A stretch of 64,000 nucleotides of DNA, from the NCBI GenBank assembly GCA_004022145.1, contig RCNU01000004.1. The stretch is one strand, 5' to 3'. The number at the start of each line of letters is the position of its first letter. Position 1 is the stretch's first letter. This DNA comes from Paecilomyces variotii. Lineage: Eukaryota. The notes under the pieces are model-generated. The model was not told where the DNA came from. It saw nothing but the letters and a program-made list of their open reading frames with translations, and ran no database searches. Both the position numbers and the translations under genes were made by a program. Below are positions 25,601 through 37,340 of the stretch, one piece after another.

Positions 25601-28600
25601 ATGCCTGTCAATGATGCAGAAACGGTGACATACTGGCGAGAAGCTTTAGCCAGCTCAGAATATGTACCGTATCCGACTCTACCGCCGTTTGTCAATCAGC
25701 CAGTGGCAGATAAGCTGGTAGAGTACCAGTTCCCACGACCCAAGGAGCCCTCAAATAATATTACTGTACCGATTCTAGCCCGTGCTGCATGGGCCATAAT
25801 CGCCAGTCGGCTGACCGACTCGGACGATGTTGTGTTTTGTGCGACAGCATCCGCAACAAACGCGCCGGTTCTGGTGCGCGTGAAGTTGACCGACAATCAG
25901 AAGGTTTTGAAATACCTGAGATTAGTACAGCAGCAGGAACCCTATATGGTCACACTTGAGCAGGCAGGTCTACATGGAATCACCCAAGAATCTTCCGATT
26001 TTCAGAAAGCGTCCATGCCACAAACACTGCTTATCGTCCAACCGCAAAAGGACGGCAGAGAGATTGGCAACAAATTGCATCAGTCCGACGCGTACGGTCT
26101 GACAATTCATCTAGAGCTTTCTAGTGCTCAGATTAATGCTACCGCCGCCTTTGATCAGAGGGTGATTGAGCCATGGCTTGCGATTAAGCTACTTCAACGC
26201 CTTGAATTCGTGATGCAACAGCTCAGTGATGCCAGTCCTGAGCTGGAACTGAAGGATGTCGGGATCGTGCCTCCACTAGACGTGCGACAGATATGGGAAT
26301 GGAACAGTGAGGTTCCGCCAGTGGTTGAGCGATGTATCCACGACATTATCCTGGAACACGCTTCAGCGCAACCCGATGCGCCAGCAGTCTGCGCATGGGA
26401 CGGTGAGCTGACATATCGCGAGCTAGACAACCTCTCAAACCAGCTTGCCTGCCGTCTTGTTGAACTCGGTGTTGGCCCCGAGAAGGTCGTGCCGTTGTGC
26501 TCGGAGAAGTCGATGTGGACCGTCGTGGCGTGGGTTGCCGTTCTCAAAGCCGGTGGTGCTTTCGTCCTCCTAGACCCTACGCTGCCTGAGGGTCGAATCC
26601 GAAGCATTTGCCAGCAGGTGCATGCGGCAGTTGGTATAACGTCCGCCTCCTGCGAATCCAGGCTGTCTCCATTCACGCAACACATTGTCGTGCTGGCAAG
26701 GCAGGCGCTTGGGTCGCAAAATCACCAAACGTTGTCACAGATGCCAAAAGCGACCCCGAGAAACGCTGCGTATATCATCTTCACGTCTGGAAGTACAGGA
26801 GAGCCGAAAGGTTGTGTCATTGAGCATCAATCTTACTGCTCGGCAGCGTTCGGCCATGGAGCAGTACTGGGCATGAACAAAGACATGCGCGCTTTACAGT
26901 TTGGCTCCTACAATTTTGCTGGGGCGATCATGGAAATGCTGATGACCCTAATCTACGGCGGCTGTATCTGTATACCATCTGAAGAGGAGAGGGCCAGCAA
27001 CTTGGCGCAGGTAATTGGGAAGCTGAACGCCAATTGGGCCTTTCTGACTTCCACTGTACTCTCGCTCCTTCACCCAGAGAATGCCCCATCCCTGAAGACG
27101 ATCTGCGTTGGTGGCGAGCCCATCCGAAGTTCCCAGATCAGGGAATGGGCGCCAAAGGTTCACCTGCGACAGACGTACGGCAGTGCAGAGACCGCTGCTG
27201 TTGTCGCATCAGCACGGTTATATGCATCGTCAGCGGTTACCAGCGTTGGAAAAGCGACTACCGCCAGATGTTGGCTTGTTGACCCTGCCAATGTCAACCG
27301 CCTCGTGCCTGTGGGATCTCCTGGTGAGGTTTTGTTCGAAGGGCCGGTAATTGGACGCGAGTACATAGGGCAACCGGAGAAGTCTTCTGCGACCTTCATC
27401 GATGCACCATCCTGGAGATCTGAGCTGGGACGCTGCTCAAAATCGTCTCGCTTCTATCGGACAGGTGATCTTGCAGCATACAGAAGCGATGGATCCATTG
27501 AACTCCTGGGGAGGAAGGATACCCAGGTCAAACTACGGGGCCAGCGCATCGAGCTTGGGGAGATTGAACACCAAGCACGATTATCATCACCAGATGTGAG
27601 GGACGTCGCTGTAGAGCTGACTGCCCTCAATAATGGCATGGACAAAGGTCCACAATTAATAGGATTCCTGGTAATACGAGAGGCTCACGCAAAAGTAAAC
27701 GGCAGCGGTTTGCACAATGATGAACATACTCGCACTGTCATCCAAAGTGTCCGGGCCCGACTGGAGAGCGTGCTACCGCATTATATGGTCCCATCAGTGT
27801 TCGTTCCAATCCCAGCGCTTCCGTTGACAGCATCCGGAAAGACGCACCGAAAGAAACTGCGGGAAATGGGGTCTGCAATGTCAAAGGAAGAGCTGGAGGT
27901 GTTACGAACGAAGGCAGAAATGCGGCAGCCAACAACACTGGTTGAGAAGCGTTTGCAGGAGATTTGGTCCCAAGTGCTCAAGGTAGATGCGGCTACCATT
28001 GGACTTGATCACAGTTTCTTCAGTCTCGGTGGCGACTCAATCACAGCAATGAAGGTTGTGGGTGAGGCTCGCAAGGTCGGCATTAATCTGATGGTGGCAG
28101 ACATCTTCCGGCAAGATACTGTTGCAGGATTGGCTCATCAGCAGTCGCTGAACAGCGCACAAGTCAGTCAACAATTCGATGGTGTTGTTCTCGTTGAACC
28201 TGCCGTCAAAAAGATTCTTCTCGAGGAGATTGACTCTCTTGGAACTGGTCACCGTTCTACAGATATCGCAGATATCTACCCTCTGACGAGCGTTCAAGAA
28301 ACGCTTGTGGCTGCCAGTTTGGCGTGTGGAAAGTTGGCCGACTATTTCTACCTTGATCTGGATGACAAAATCAGTATTCCAGCCCTCGAAAGTGGCTGTA
28401 GCAGAGCTCTGGAGAAGTTTCCAATCCTCCGCGCATGCTTTTTCCAGCTTCAAGGAAAACTCTGGCAAGCTATTCTCAATCAACTCAGTCCGACTCTTCG
28501 CGTGGAAGATGTCAGCGGTGATATGGATGAATCCTTCAGGGACATTTGCCTCAGAGACGGAAAAACTCTTTCGCCAACTCAGCCTTTGGTCGCATTTATC

Positions 28601-29509
28601 CTACTTAAGCACAACGTGAAAGGCATGAGACTGGTTCTTCGAATGTCGCATGCTCAGTACGATGCTTTTAGCGCGCCAGTCGTTTTTCAATCGCTCTTTG
28701 ACGACGACAAAGTTTCTACTGCGCCAAGCTTCTTCAACTTCATGTCTTACACTTCTGGCCGACGTCCACAGTCAATTGCATACTGGAGCAAGTTGTTAGA
28801 AGGATCGCGTCTCACTGTCGTTGGGCCCAGACTTCCTCCTGGCAATGCCAAAGATCCTGTGCCGGAGGCGATTATAGCTAAAGCGGAAACTCATTTTCTG
28901 CAGCGTCCCGACAAGATTACTGCGGCAACTCTAGTCAGGACTGCGTGGGCTGTACTGCTGGCACATATCAGTGGTGACACTGACATTGTCTACTGTCAGG
29001 TAGTCAGCGGTCGCAACTCTGCAATGCCAGGAGTGGAAAAGATAGTGGGATGCTGCCTCAATATTGTACCTACACGAGTTGTTCTCTCCTCTTCCCCGAC
29101 GGTAGCTGAGCTGGTTCATGCCGTCCAAGAGCAGTTACTCGAGATGGGAGAAGCAGACACGCTCGGTTTCAGGGACATCGTCGAAAATTGTACCGACTGG
29201 CCAGCGACCACGAACTTCGAGTCAATGATCCATCACCGAGATATCGACGAACACCCTGAGATACAGACATCAGCGGGCGTATCACGGATGCAGGCCTTTG
29301 ATAACCCTGTCACATCCCCATGTATTTTCGTGGTATCGTACGGACGAGGCGACAAAATTAGTATCGAAATTTGCGCAAATACTCACATCATGACCATGGA
29401 GACAGCTGATGCGCTAGCTTGTGGTCTTGTTCAAATTATTGAGAAGGTAGTTAGTTCCATGCACATGCCTGTGCAGTCATTGATGGACGGTGTTGGGTTT
29501 GTTATATAA
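25601..29509 (+). CDS. Monomodular NRPS: partial C - A - T - terminal C
   Basis: N-terminal half C domain (YWREAL, AAWAII), LTYRELD, LKAGGAFVLLDP, YIIFTSGSTGEPKG, YRTGDL, GRKDTQVKLRGQRIELGEIE, LPHYMVP, T domain FFSLGGDSITAM, terminal C domain SHAQYDA. First ATG at 25601. Confidence 0.93.
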   Translation: MPVNDAETVTYWREALASSEYVPYPTLPPFVNQPVADKLVEYQFPRPKEPSNNITVPILARAAWAIIASRLTDSDDVVFCATASATNAPVLVRVKLTDNQKVLKYLRLVQQQEPYMVTLEQAGLHGITQESSDFQKASMPQTLLIVQPQKDGREIGNKLHQSDAYGLTIHLELSSAQINATAAFDQRVIEPWLAIKLLQRLEFVMQQLSDASPELELKDVGIVPPLDVRQIWEWNSEVPPVVERCIHDIILEHASAQPDAPAVCAWDGELTYRELDNLSNQLACRLVELGVGPEKVVPLCSEKSMWTVVAWVAVLKAGGAFVLLDPTLPEGRIRSICQQVHAAVGITSASCESRLSPFTQHIVVLARQALGSQNHQTLSQMPKATPRNAAYIIFTSGSTGEPKGCVIEHQSYCSAAFGHGAVLGMNKDMRALQFGSYNFAGAIMEMLMTLIYGGCICIPSEEERASNLAQVIGKLNANWAFLTSTVLSLLHPENAPSLKTICVGGEPIRSSQIREWAPKVHLRQTYGSAETAAVVASARLYASSAVTSVGKATTARCWLVDPANVNRLVPVGSPGEVLFEGPVIGREYIGQPEKSSATFIDAPSWRSELGRCSKSSRFYRTGDLAAYRSDGSIELLGRKDTQVKLRGQRIELGEIEHQARLSSPDVRDVAVELTALNNGMDKGPQLIGFLVIREAHAKVNGSGLHNDEHTRTVIQSVRARLESVLPHYMVPSVFVPIPALPLTASGKTHRKKLREMGSAMSKEELEVLRTKAEMRQPTTLVEKRLQEIWSQVLKVDAATIGLDHSFFSLGGDSITAMKVVGEARKVGINLMVADIFRQDTVAGLAHQQSLNSAQVSQQFDGVVLVEPAVKKILLEEIDSLGTGHRSTDIADIYPLTSVQETLVAASLACGKLADYFYLDLDDKISIPALESGCSRALEKFPILRACFFQLQGKLWQAILNQLSPTLRVEDVSGDMDESFRDICLRDGKTLSPTQPLVAFILLKHNVKGMRLVLRMSHAQYDAFSAPVVFQSLFDDDKVSTAPSFFNFMSYTSGRRPQSIAYWSKLLEGSRLTVVGPRLPPGNAKDPVPEAIIAKAETHFLQRPDKITAATLVRTAWAVLLAHISGDTDIVYCQVVSGRNSAMPGVEKIVGCCLNIVPTRVVLSSSPTVAELVHAVQEQLLEMGEADTLGFRDIVENCTDWPATTNFESMIHHRDIDEHPEIQTSAGVSRMQAFDNPVTSPCIFVVSYGRGDKISIEICANTHIMTMETADALACGLVQIIEKVVSSMHMPVQSLMDGVGFVI

Positions 29510-31584
29510 TTGCAGAGCTTCGATGTATGTATATTAGCACCTGTCAGGGGCAGCCAACGAATGGCCGAGCTTCAATCCATAAACGGAGTTAATAATTGTG
29601 AAACTCTCAAACCAGAACGCTCTATTTCATAGTTTAAGCAAGCTTAAAGCCGCAAGCTTCCATTCAACGACAAGAAATGTATTTGTGCCAAAATTAGTCC
29701 TTATATGGGACTTCTTGGATGACTTCATGGCCGTAGCTTGATTGGGCGCACACGTTGGGCGATACTTTGGTCGGCAGGTAGAGAAAAGTTGTTGAAAAAG
29801 AAAAAGCAGAAAGAAACGTTTCTTTTGCTGTTGACTCCTGCTTGTATTCTCCTCGTCCATGGTCGAATGTATTGGATCATCCATTGGCTAGGATCTGAGG
29901 GCACTGACGTAACTCTAGATAGATGGCGGAGGTGAACGTATCCCAAGAGATTCCTATTCAACGAATTCTCAGTATACCGGCCGAAAGGGCTTCGAAACAT
30001 CGATCTTGCTTGGTCTTCATATACGCCACGGAGCTTATAAAAGCTCACAAGGCGGAGAAGATCAACCGTATACGCCCCAAATAGCTTCGAAGAGCAAACT
30101 AAGACTAATATCGCATCAGGTAGTTCGCTCCGAAAGCCTTGAACTTTGCCCATTCTACTCTCTGAACTTTGGAGCATAAGTAACATTTTAGCACCGTGCA
30201 TCAAGCATTAGCTGTCACCCACGAAGGTTCACGATTCAGTACTCGCTTAAATATCTCGTTGTTGCACTTGGGCTTCCATGATCGAGACTCAAAGCTGCTG
30301 GGCTTCTGGAGGATTGACTGCATGGTCAATAGACGGTATTAAAGGCGGATGAAGCGCAATCAGAGTGACCTGCACGTGAATTAGGTTCATTGTTATCTTG
30401 ATACCTTGGCCATGTTCATTTCCACATCAACTTACTGCTCAGTTGTTCTGAGTCACAGTATCTCTAAACATTAGCTAGTAGTAATTGTCGACATCCTCAG
30501 AAAGAAAGACTTCATTCACAAGCCTAAATAAGAAATGAATCACCGAATGTCAACTGCCAACACCGCTGTTAACGGCAGAAATTGAGGTGCATGTCAGGCT
30601 CCCAGAGATGCTGTATATTGAGTCTCCCTTTGAACTATTGACAGATAAGTTTGGAGTTAAGATGAACTAGGAGGATGACGACTAGACTGGGCGTATCACT
30701 TAGCCTTTTCTAGATGGAGTCTGTTCAATTACTCTCAAAGCGGTCCTCAGCAAGAATAAGAGATCGATCACATACGACAGAAAAGAAGAGTTGAGGAAGA
30801 TTTAGGTCAAGACCAGTTACAATGGCTACCAGAGTGTTGACTAGACTTCTCCAAAGGGGCCATCTCGAGGGCGCCTCGAAAGGCCACGAAATCTCGAACA
30901 TCAAGATGGGAAATCACGTCTAGAATAGAGGTATCTCCAGAATCTGAATGTCTGTGCAAGAAGTGCAAATAATAATTAGCTGGAAGTTGGGTCTTCTGAG
31001 ACAATGTCTGAGCAGTCAAGCAGGTCAGTTGTTACCCCGCCAGTGCGAGGCGATCAGACCAGCCGCCCCTTATCTAAACGCGGTCTTAGCGTCCGGCCTA
31101 CCAAGGAGAGTCGGTTTACCGCTTTCGGGCAACTCCTCTGGCTTGCTTCCTCGAACCACACATCACGCAAGCTGTCAATTCATTAACGCTCTGTCTGGAG
31201 AGGCTTCGATGCCAATGCGGAGCCCAGAAGACTGCTTGAACGATCTCTGTCGGTGACGCCGGCGTCAGATTCTGCAGAATCAAGTCTGCGGAGCTCTCCT
31301 CCTGCACCGTGTCACGCTACTCCGTACCCCGTCCTTTGACGATCGACAACAGCCCACCGGGGAGCATCGGACGAGAATTACTACAATCACTGAGCGGGGA
31401 ATAGAGGAGAACTATTATACTGTGAGGTGAACAAAACCTGCGGGGGCCGTACCATCCGCGCGGATGGTTGTTCCCTCACATCCCCCGAATTCAACGGACG
31501 GCGCATGCGAGAACTTGCGAGGAAGAACGAGAGACATTGGGAAAGAGTGAAAGCAGGTAACTGGTGACGCTGCTACAATCGATA

Positions 31585-34500
31585 ATGAGCACTGGAGCGA
31601 CAACAACTGCGGCCAGCTCTTCTGACCTTCCTGCGGCTGGAGATGCTCCGCAATTGCCGTCAGAACCTGACAGTTCAGCCAGCAACAATGACCTAGCAGG
31701 TACTCAAGAGACTGGCAGTGCTTTAGATCGGTCGGCTGTCCAGCAAAGCACAGGAAACAAAGACCAGCCGGCGGATGGTGGTAGCGGACAGAGTCATGTC
31801 GAGCTGGATGAGTTTGGTCTCCCGATTCGTGTGTTCTCGAAGCCTTCACGCCCTGTAAACGATTCATTAGGGGAATCCGAAGCATTCAGTGAAGCGGCAG
31901 ATCAAATAACCGAGAAGGAGAAGCCAGGCAACAAGGAGGAGAAGCAGACGAGCAACGAAGAAAATCCATCTAGCCAGCAGTCGCAGCCGGCTGAACAGTC
32001 AAAACCTGGCAGTGAACCGAGAAAACAGATACATGCGGCGGATATCGGCACATATACGCAGTCGCAGGAGTCCAATGTGAGCTCTGGACCGGTCGATTCT
32101 GGGGCTTCCGGCGAAAGTGAAAAAGACAAAGAGACAGCAAAAGACATCTCAGCAGGAGAGAAGACGGAGGCGGACAAGACTCACCCTGAAGAGCAAGACG
32201 ACAAGCTATTGGATAAGGAGCAACAACCTCAGGCCGCTACCGCTGAGGATGCCTCGCACAGCGATCCTTCTCAGAAGCGACACAGCAGTGCCAAACCTTC
32301 GGAATGGTCGCACCAAGGACTTGTGTTGCATCACGATTCGGAGGAGGAATCGGAGGAAGAGGAGGAAGGTGATTGGCAACCCATGCCGGCTCTTGGGGAA
32401 TTTGATGTTTATGATGACTATGGCCGGCTGGTCGCTCGTGGTGCAAAGCAGGAGGACGATGAAGCTGTGTATCAAGGGCTAGGTGGAGCTGGGAAAGGAT
32501 ACACTCGAGTACAGCTTGATGAAGATGCTCAATCGGCCACTAGCATGGACGAGGATACCAGCTACCTTTTCAAAGAAAATGGTCATACTGTTGGCGTTGA
32601 TGAGGAATTGAGGGATCCTACGACCCAGCTTCAAGCCACGAAAGATCTCTTGACGGAAGGCCAGAGAATCGCGTATGTTGGTGTGACAAGGTTGTCCATA
32701 TATCAGATGGATGAGGAACTTCGGAGTATTGTGACAACGAGAGGAAGCAAAAAGGCCCTGCAAGGTGCATCGGATTCGATAAAGAAGTGGGGTCAAATGA
32801 TGATGGCTCGACTTTACGCTCATATGGACATCGACACTGCGGAACAAATTATGATTGAACAACTGGCTGATCATGGTGTGCAACCGGCAGATCTTGTTCG
32901 GCCACTGATGCAAAACGCTCGAGTTAAGAACCCGATGGCAGAGGAGCTTAACTCTCCAAAAAAGTCAACATCGATGCCTGCGTCACCGGCTTCCAGGGAT
33001 CTCGGGGCCAGTCGTTCTACTCCAACTGACGATTCCTTCGATTTATCCTCACCTCCACCCTATGAAGAGCACAAGGACGATGAATTGCCGGAAGTTCGAA
33101 CACCGTCCCAGCTCCCAACTTCGCAAAACATCGATATTGACCTTCGCTGGACCGTTCTTTGCGACCTCTTCTTGGTCCTAATTGCGGACTCCACATATGA
33201 TTCCCGCTCACGACGTCTATTGGAGAGGGTTGGTGAGGCCATGGATGTGCCATGGGTGCAGATCTGTCGCTTTGAAAAGAGAGTCATCGACGCGTTGGAG
33301 ATGCAAGAAGAAAGCGCCAATACCAAGGAAACGTGGGATGAAGCGGAGAACATGGAACAACGCCGCAAAAAGGCACTGAAGAAAAAGTACATGATAATGG
33401 GTCTCGCTACTGTGGGCGGTGGCCTAGTCATAGGTCTCTCTGCCGGGCTGCTGGCTCCCGTTATAGGCGCTGGTCTTGCAGCAGGTTTCACTACTATTGG
33501 TATCTCCGGAACAGGTGCCTTCTTGGGGGGCGCCGGTGGGACTGCTTTAATTGCCTCCGGAGCGACGCTTACAGGAAGCACGATCGGTATCAGAGCTTCG
33601 CACAGGCGTACTGGTGCTGTAAAGACATTTGAATATCGTCCTTTACACAATAACAAGAGGGTCAACCTGATTGTTACAGTTTCTGGCTGGATGACTGGTA
33701 ACGTCGACGATGTCCGCTTGCCATTCAGTACTGTAGATCCGATTATGGGCGATTTGTATTCAGTGCTCTGGGAGCCAGAGATGCTGCGAAGTATGGGTGA
33801 TACAATTAACATTCTCGCAACAGAGGTATGCGCCTTCGTTTTCCCGGTCGCGTGTCATGGCTAATTTCTTGTGTAGGCTCTGACCCAAGGACTGCAACAA
33901 GTACTTGGCAGCACTGTCCTTGTAGCACTCATGGCATCGCTGCAACTACCTATTGTGTTGACCAAGCTGGCCTACTTGATCGATAATCCTTGGAACGTGT
34001 CTCTAGTCCGTGCAAACGCGGCTGGTCTGATTCTGGCCGACTCCCTAATGGCCAGGAATCTTGGGAATAGACCTGTTACGTTGATTGGATTCTCTCTTGG
34101 CGCTCGAGTTATCTTCTCTTGTTTGAAGGAGCTTGCAAATAGAGGTGCCTACGGGCTGGTACAAAATGTGTATCTTTTCGGTTCCCCAGTTGTGGCCAAA
34201 AAGGATGAATACCTGAGAGCGCGAAGTGTCATTTCAGGTCGATTTGTCAATGGCTATGCGTCTAATGATTGGATTCTGGGGTATCTGTTCCGTGCCACCA
34301 GTGGTGGAATTATGCAAGTTGCAGGCCTTGCACCCGTACAGGGTATCCCTGGTCTGGAAAACATTGATGTCACCAATCTTGTCAATGGCCATATGGCCTA
34401 CCGTGCAGCAATGCCTCGAATTCTCCGTGAGGTTGGCTGGGAAGTGCTTGATGACGAGTTTGCGGAAATCGAGGACCCCGATCCCGAAAACCATGCTGAA

Positions 34501-35208
34501 CGGCAACGGGAGCTGATTCGAGAGATCGACGAAGCCCGCAGAGAGGCAGAGCAGAAGCCAGAGAAGAGACGCTTTGGTTTCTTCAAGCGTGGCAAGCTAG
34601 CGGAAAAGAAAGCATGGGAGACGTACGACCCGGACAAAGCCGAGACAGGGCGTCGCGATTCTGTCGACAGCTCGAGCACCAGAGCGGGAAGCGTTCTCTT
34701 TGATATTGATGCTATCCGTAACGAATTAGCAGGCGAGCAAATCGAGGTCAAGCAGCTAGAATCCACATTACCTCCTATGAAAGTGGAACTGGGTTCATCT
34801 AGCAAACCATCATCACCATCGACAGTAGAGCGACCAGCAACTATGCAACACAGCAAGAGTGCAGATGCCAGCCTTCCTGTACCTAAGATTCCCAGTTCTC
34901 CCGACACCAAGTCCCCTCACGACCCATACTCGCACCCCGAGGAAGAAGAGATCCAAATGACCTTCGATACTTCCTACAGCGGTCACGACCACCACTCTTC
35001 AACTTTCTCAAGATCGCAAGACGAATTTTCATCCCCTCCATCTTCCAGGCCAGGGCTCCATTCCTCCGCCACCATGCCTGCCGCTGTCGGTATCGGGGCT
35101 GGAGCTGTTGTAGGCGGAGCCTTGGGTCTGGGCCTCGAAGAGAATGCCTGGGCCCAGGATGATTTCGGCCATGGAGGCGACGACGAAATCCAAATGACGT
35201 TTGAGTGA
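31585..35208 (+). CDS. DUF726/TMCO4-family alpha/beta-hydrolase-like membrane protein (yeast Mil1-like)
   Basis: DLRWTVLCDLFL, YDSRSR, Gly-rich hydrophobic segment (GLATVGGGLVIGLSAGLLAP), IDNPW, RPVTLIGFSLGARVI, GHMAY. Intron 33826-33876. Confidence 0.88.
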
Positions 35209-36091
35209 GGAAGTCAAAGAGTTCTAGAAGTCGCATCGTTTTCTTTGCCCTCCCGGCTTTAGAGAAGGAGATCGGGATGAGAAAGGCTATGATCCTTATT
35301 TTAATACCCCCCACCTTTTTCTTTTCTTTTGCGTTCCGTTTTATATAAAACTCTAGACCGTCCTTGATACGCGGAGCTCGGTACGTCCGGTCAAAAAGAT
35401 GACCTTATGAATGAACTGCTACGCGAATTTGAGATATCCTTTTTCTACCTGGTTGATTGATTGGCATGCTTGAACTTGACACATGCCATTCCTGTCTTGT
35501 TTCCTCTTCTCTTATAGGGATCCTCTTTTCTCTTTTTCTGGCCAATTCTTGGGCAATCTTGCCCTTTGCATGGGATCTATATATGCAGCCTATACTTCAA
35601 CCATACAACTGAAGTTGTCCCTTTTATCCTTTTACTCTAGAGTTGGGATTAGGCGTCCGGGCGTTTTCTCTTGGCCCACTTAATACCTGTATATACTCAA
35701 ATATTCAATCTATATATCACATACCCTCTTTCTGGCATATTGATTCTTATCGTCGAGAACATGAGAGCAGCAGTAGGATTTAGCAGACATTCTCGAAACG
35801 GCAGTAAGCTTTGTGGAGCTTCCCGCACAGTGGACGGTGAATGAGTATAGGCAACACTAGGACTGGTCCTCAAGCTTCTCACCAAGCTTTGCCTTCACCT
35901 TCACCTAAAACCACTGTCGGAATCTGCTCCCACGTAGCAATCCGAGCTATCGTCAAAAACACGACAATATCATCGAGTCCTCACCGAGATCATCGTGTCT
36001 AGGTTTCTCCTATTCTAGAGTGTGGAGCATTCGCTGTTGTAGGGATTCCCTTCCCTAACCTCACCGAGATTTTGAATCTACAAGCTCCAAG

Positions 36092-37340
36092 ATGTCAACT
36101 CCAACCACGCCGACAAGATCGAAGAGGGATATCCCTGATTCGAGCCCAACGACACGTATTCAACATTCATTATTCGATGGCCTGACTGGCATGATAGCCG
36201 CGATAGAGGATACGGAACCAATCGAACCTGTCAAGGAAACTCTGGAGAAGATGAAAGACAGCCATCATCGAATCGGACCAGCCAACCCCCTCCAAGGAAG
36301 CCAAACTTCGATCGAATGTCACGCAGGCTTCACAGCTAGGTGATCTGATCTCTACCGCAAATTTACTGTCTCTTGATTACAGCTGGGATGCGGCGCATCT
36401 TTGGCAACCACCAGAGGGACCCGAGGTGCATCTTTCTGCTAGTACTAGTATGCCCATCCATCTGATAATATATTAAAATTAAGGCTAGGACTAATCTGCC
36501 TCCAGTGACTATCCTGAGAAGAATGCATGACGCCAAATTCTGGAGAAGAGATTCTTCAGAAACTCTTTCTCGAACCCTCATTAACCTCGTGCTTTTCGAC
36601 CGGTTAGAGGCTCATCAAGAAGAACTCGCTGCCAAGCAGATATCGATACGAGGAGGATACCCAGTGGAGACTCGAGTCCCTAATGGAAAAGAAATAATCA
36701 CCGGCAATGCTGACTATGCATTGGGATATGGTTCCTTTCTTGATGACCCATTCGAATGTATCTGTGTTATTATTCAGGTGAAGGACCTTAATGTCTCCCG
36801 TGGATCTACTGGGATTTCCCAAGCTGTTACCTATATGATGGGGTTGCAACAGCAGTGCATGTCTCGGAAGAATCCGAAGACTGTTGACACTGTATATGGT
36901 GTCGTCTCAGATGGTGTACTGTGGCAGTTTCTGAGGTTAAATGGCAACCTTCTACAACTTTCGGGCCCTTTTGTCATCCTTTCTCCTGCCGCGTGCGTCG
37001 CTATCAACCAGTTTCTTGATTATATTGTCAGATCGGCAATATCCCTGTCCCAGTACCCTGTTATACCCTAGCGGAACTCTCCAGCAACGAAGGGAATGGG
37101 AGATTTCCTAGCTAAGAAAGATGATAGCCTTGAAGGTATCGAAGAGTTCGAGATTCTTCGTCCTACGCCTTTTGAGGTAAAGGTAAGAGAAGTATTATTA
37201 TATCTAAAAATTTACTAAGGCTAATGGTTTTGTAGCTGGCTCCCATTAGACCAGCAGCTTCTTCTCTGGCACAGAGTCACTCTGACTCTAATGAATCTGG
37301 AACAGGTATCAAGGGAAAACACTGCAGTCAACTAACCTGA
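36092..37340 (+). pseudogene. Disrupted gene for a PD-(D/E)xK-like (restriction-endonuclease-fold) protein
   Basis: GNADYALGY..VIIQVK..SQAVTYM..VYGVVSDGVLWQFLRL pattern. Frameshift near 36255, canonical intron ~36448-36505, and in-frame TAG at 37069 followed by more open frame and another GT-AG intron. Confidence 0.55.

Noticed and set aside
29627-31300. ORFs downstream of the NRPS, e.g. 29725-30204 on the minus strand
   Set aside because: No recognisable domain or consistent splice structure; possibly decayed sequence at the cluster edge.
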